NCBI GenBank assembly: GCA_919902675.1
Contig: CAKKRH010000005.1
Coordinates: 1 to 42,480 of the forward strand
Reading direction: 5' to 3'
DNA length: 42,480 nt
From: Omnitrophica bacterium GWA2_41_15
GTDB lineage: Bacteria > Omnitrophota > Gorgyraeia > Gygaellales > UBA12090
The notes beneath the pieces are model-generated. The model was not told where the DNA came from, searched no databases, and saw nothing but the letters and a program-made list of their open reading frames with translations. This document shows positions 42,090 to 42,480 of this stretch, in pieces. Position numbers and translations under genes: made by a program. Position 1 is the stretch's first letter. Each line of letters opens with the position of its first letter.

Positions 42090-42480
42090 AAGCCGCAATA
42101 TACGCAAGATATTCTTCTGAGAATCAAAGCGAAAAGAGTATTGATGATCAGATACGAGTATGCAAAAACTACTGCAAAGAGCATGAAATTGCTGTGAGCA
42201 ATGAGCATATCTATATTGATGAGGCAATCTCCGGCTCTCTTATAAATCGTCCCGGACTCCAGGCGCTGGATAAGGCTGCTGAAGACAGAGAATTTGAGGC
42301 AGTGGTAGTAGACGACCTCTCCCGCCTTTCGCGCAGTAACCACCAAATGCTTACCTTAGTGCTCAAGTTTAATTATTTACAAGTTACAAGTTACGATCAT
42401 CTCGGTAGCGGATGGGATATGCACAGATGACGAAAACTCAAAGTTAGGAATTCAGATACGGGGGTTAGTAAACGAATTAT
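42086..42480 (+). pseudogene. Serine recombinase (resolvase-type N-terminal domain), frameshifted; runs off the window
   Basis: MKAAIYARYSSENQSEKSIDDQ... (catalytic Ser region), RPGLQAL and VVVDDLSRLSRS. The frame breaks at a 7-bp tandem duplication TTACAAG TTACAAG (42377-42390). Removing one copy gives ..LQVTIISVADGICTDDENSKLGIQIRGLVNEL, open to the window edge. Confidence 0.8.

Noticed and set aside
41721-42346. Minus-strand ORFs 41721-41912, 41834-42058, 42036-42227 and 42062-42346.
   Set aside because: They overlap the divergent promoter region and the recombinase coding sequence. They have no RBS and implausible Cys/Phe-rich translations.

Overview
The window is a 42.5-kb bacterial chromosome segment using the standard code with Shine-Dalgarno-led genes. 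Almost all genes are on the minus strand. All identifications rest on motifs read from the ORF track and the DNA; I ran no database search.

Positions 1 to about 29,000 are a housekeeping backbone:
- Translation and replication genes: tsf, rpsB, an ABC-F ATPase, recR, dnaX.
- An outer-membrane barrel/GIDE/LemA cluster.
- A thiS-thiG-thiH operon behind a clear TPP riboswitch.
- A YbjQ-YbjQ-M48 peptidase cluster.
- A tRNA-Arg(ACG)-tadA-tRNA-Ser(GCU) unit, plus two further tRNA-Ser genes.
- An orphan secretion-type ATPase, a beta-lactamase-fold hydrolase, dus, an IMPase-family gene, and HD and HD-GYP proteins.
- A nitroreductase, recN and cspA.

From about 29.3 kb to the right edge the sequence looks more AT-rich by eye and reads as an acquired island. 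It starts at or near a truncated tsaD. It contains two inverted copies of an 80-bp MITE-like element that bracket an orphan 445-aa gene.

The island also holds a tightly packed operon: XRE regulator, PLD-nuclease/SNF2 ATPase fusion, Eco57I-family N6-adenine methyltransferase, an 89-aa protein, and a cytoplasmic trypsin-like protease. A DUF3800 gene lies upstream of this operon. A serine recombinase gene at the right edge is broken by a 7-bp tandem duplication.

That operon is my best candidate for an undescribed defence-type system. It looks like an R-M/DISARM-like core extended by a small-protein/protease module.

Other notable structure:
- A dispersed heptamer-flanked repeat element is present in frame inside the dnaX linker.
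- A partial tRNA-Arg copy is split by a 67-nt palindromic element.
- Several near-consensus sigma70 promoters are visible, one of which forms a small antisense promoter-terminator cassette.
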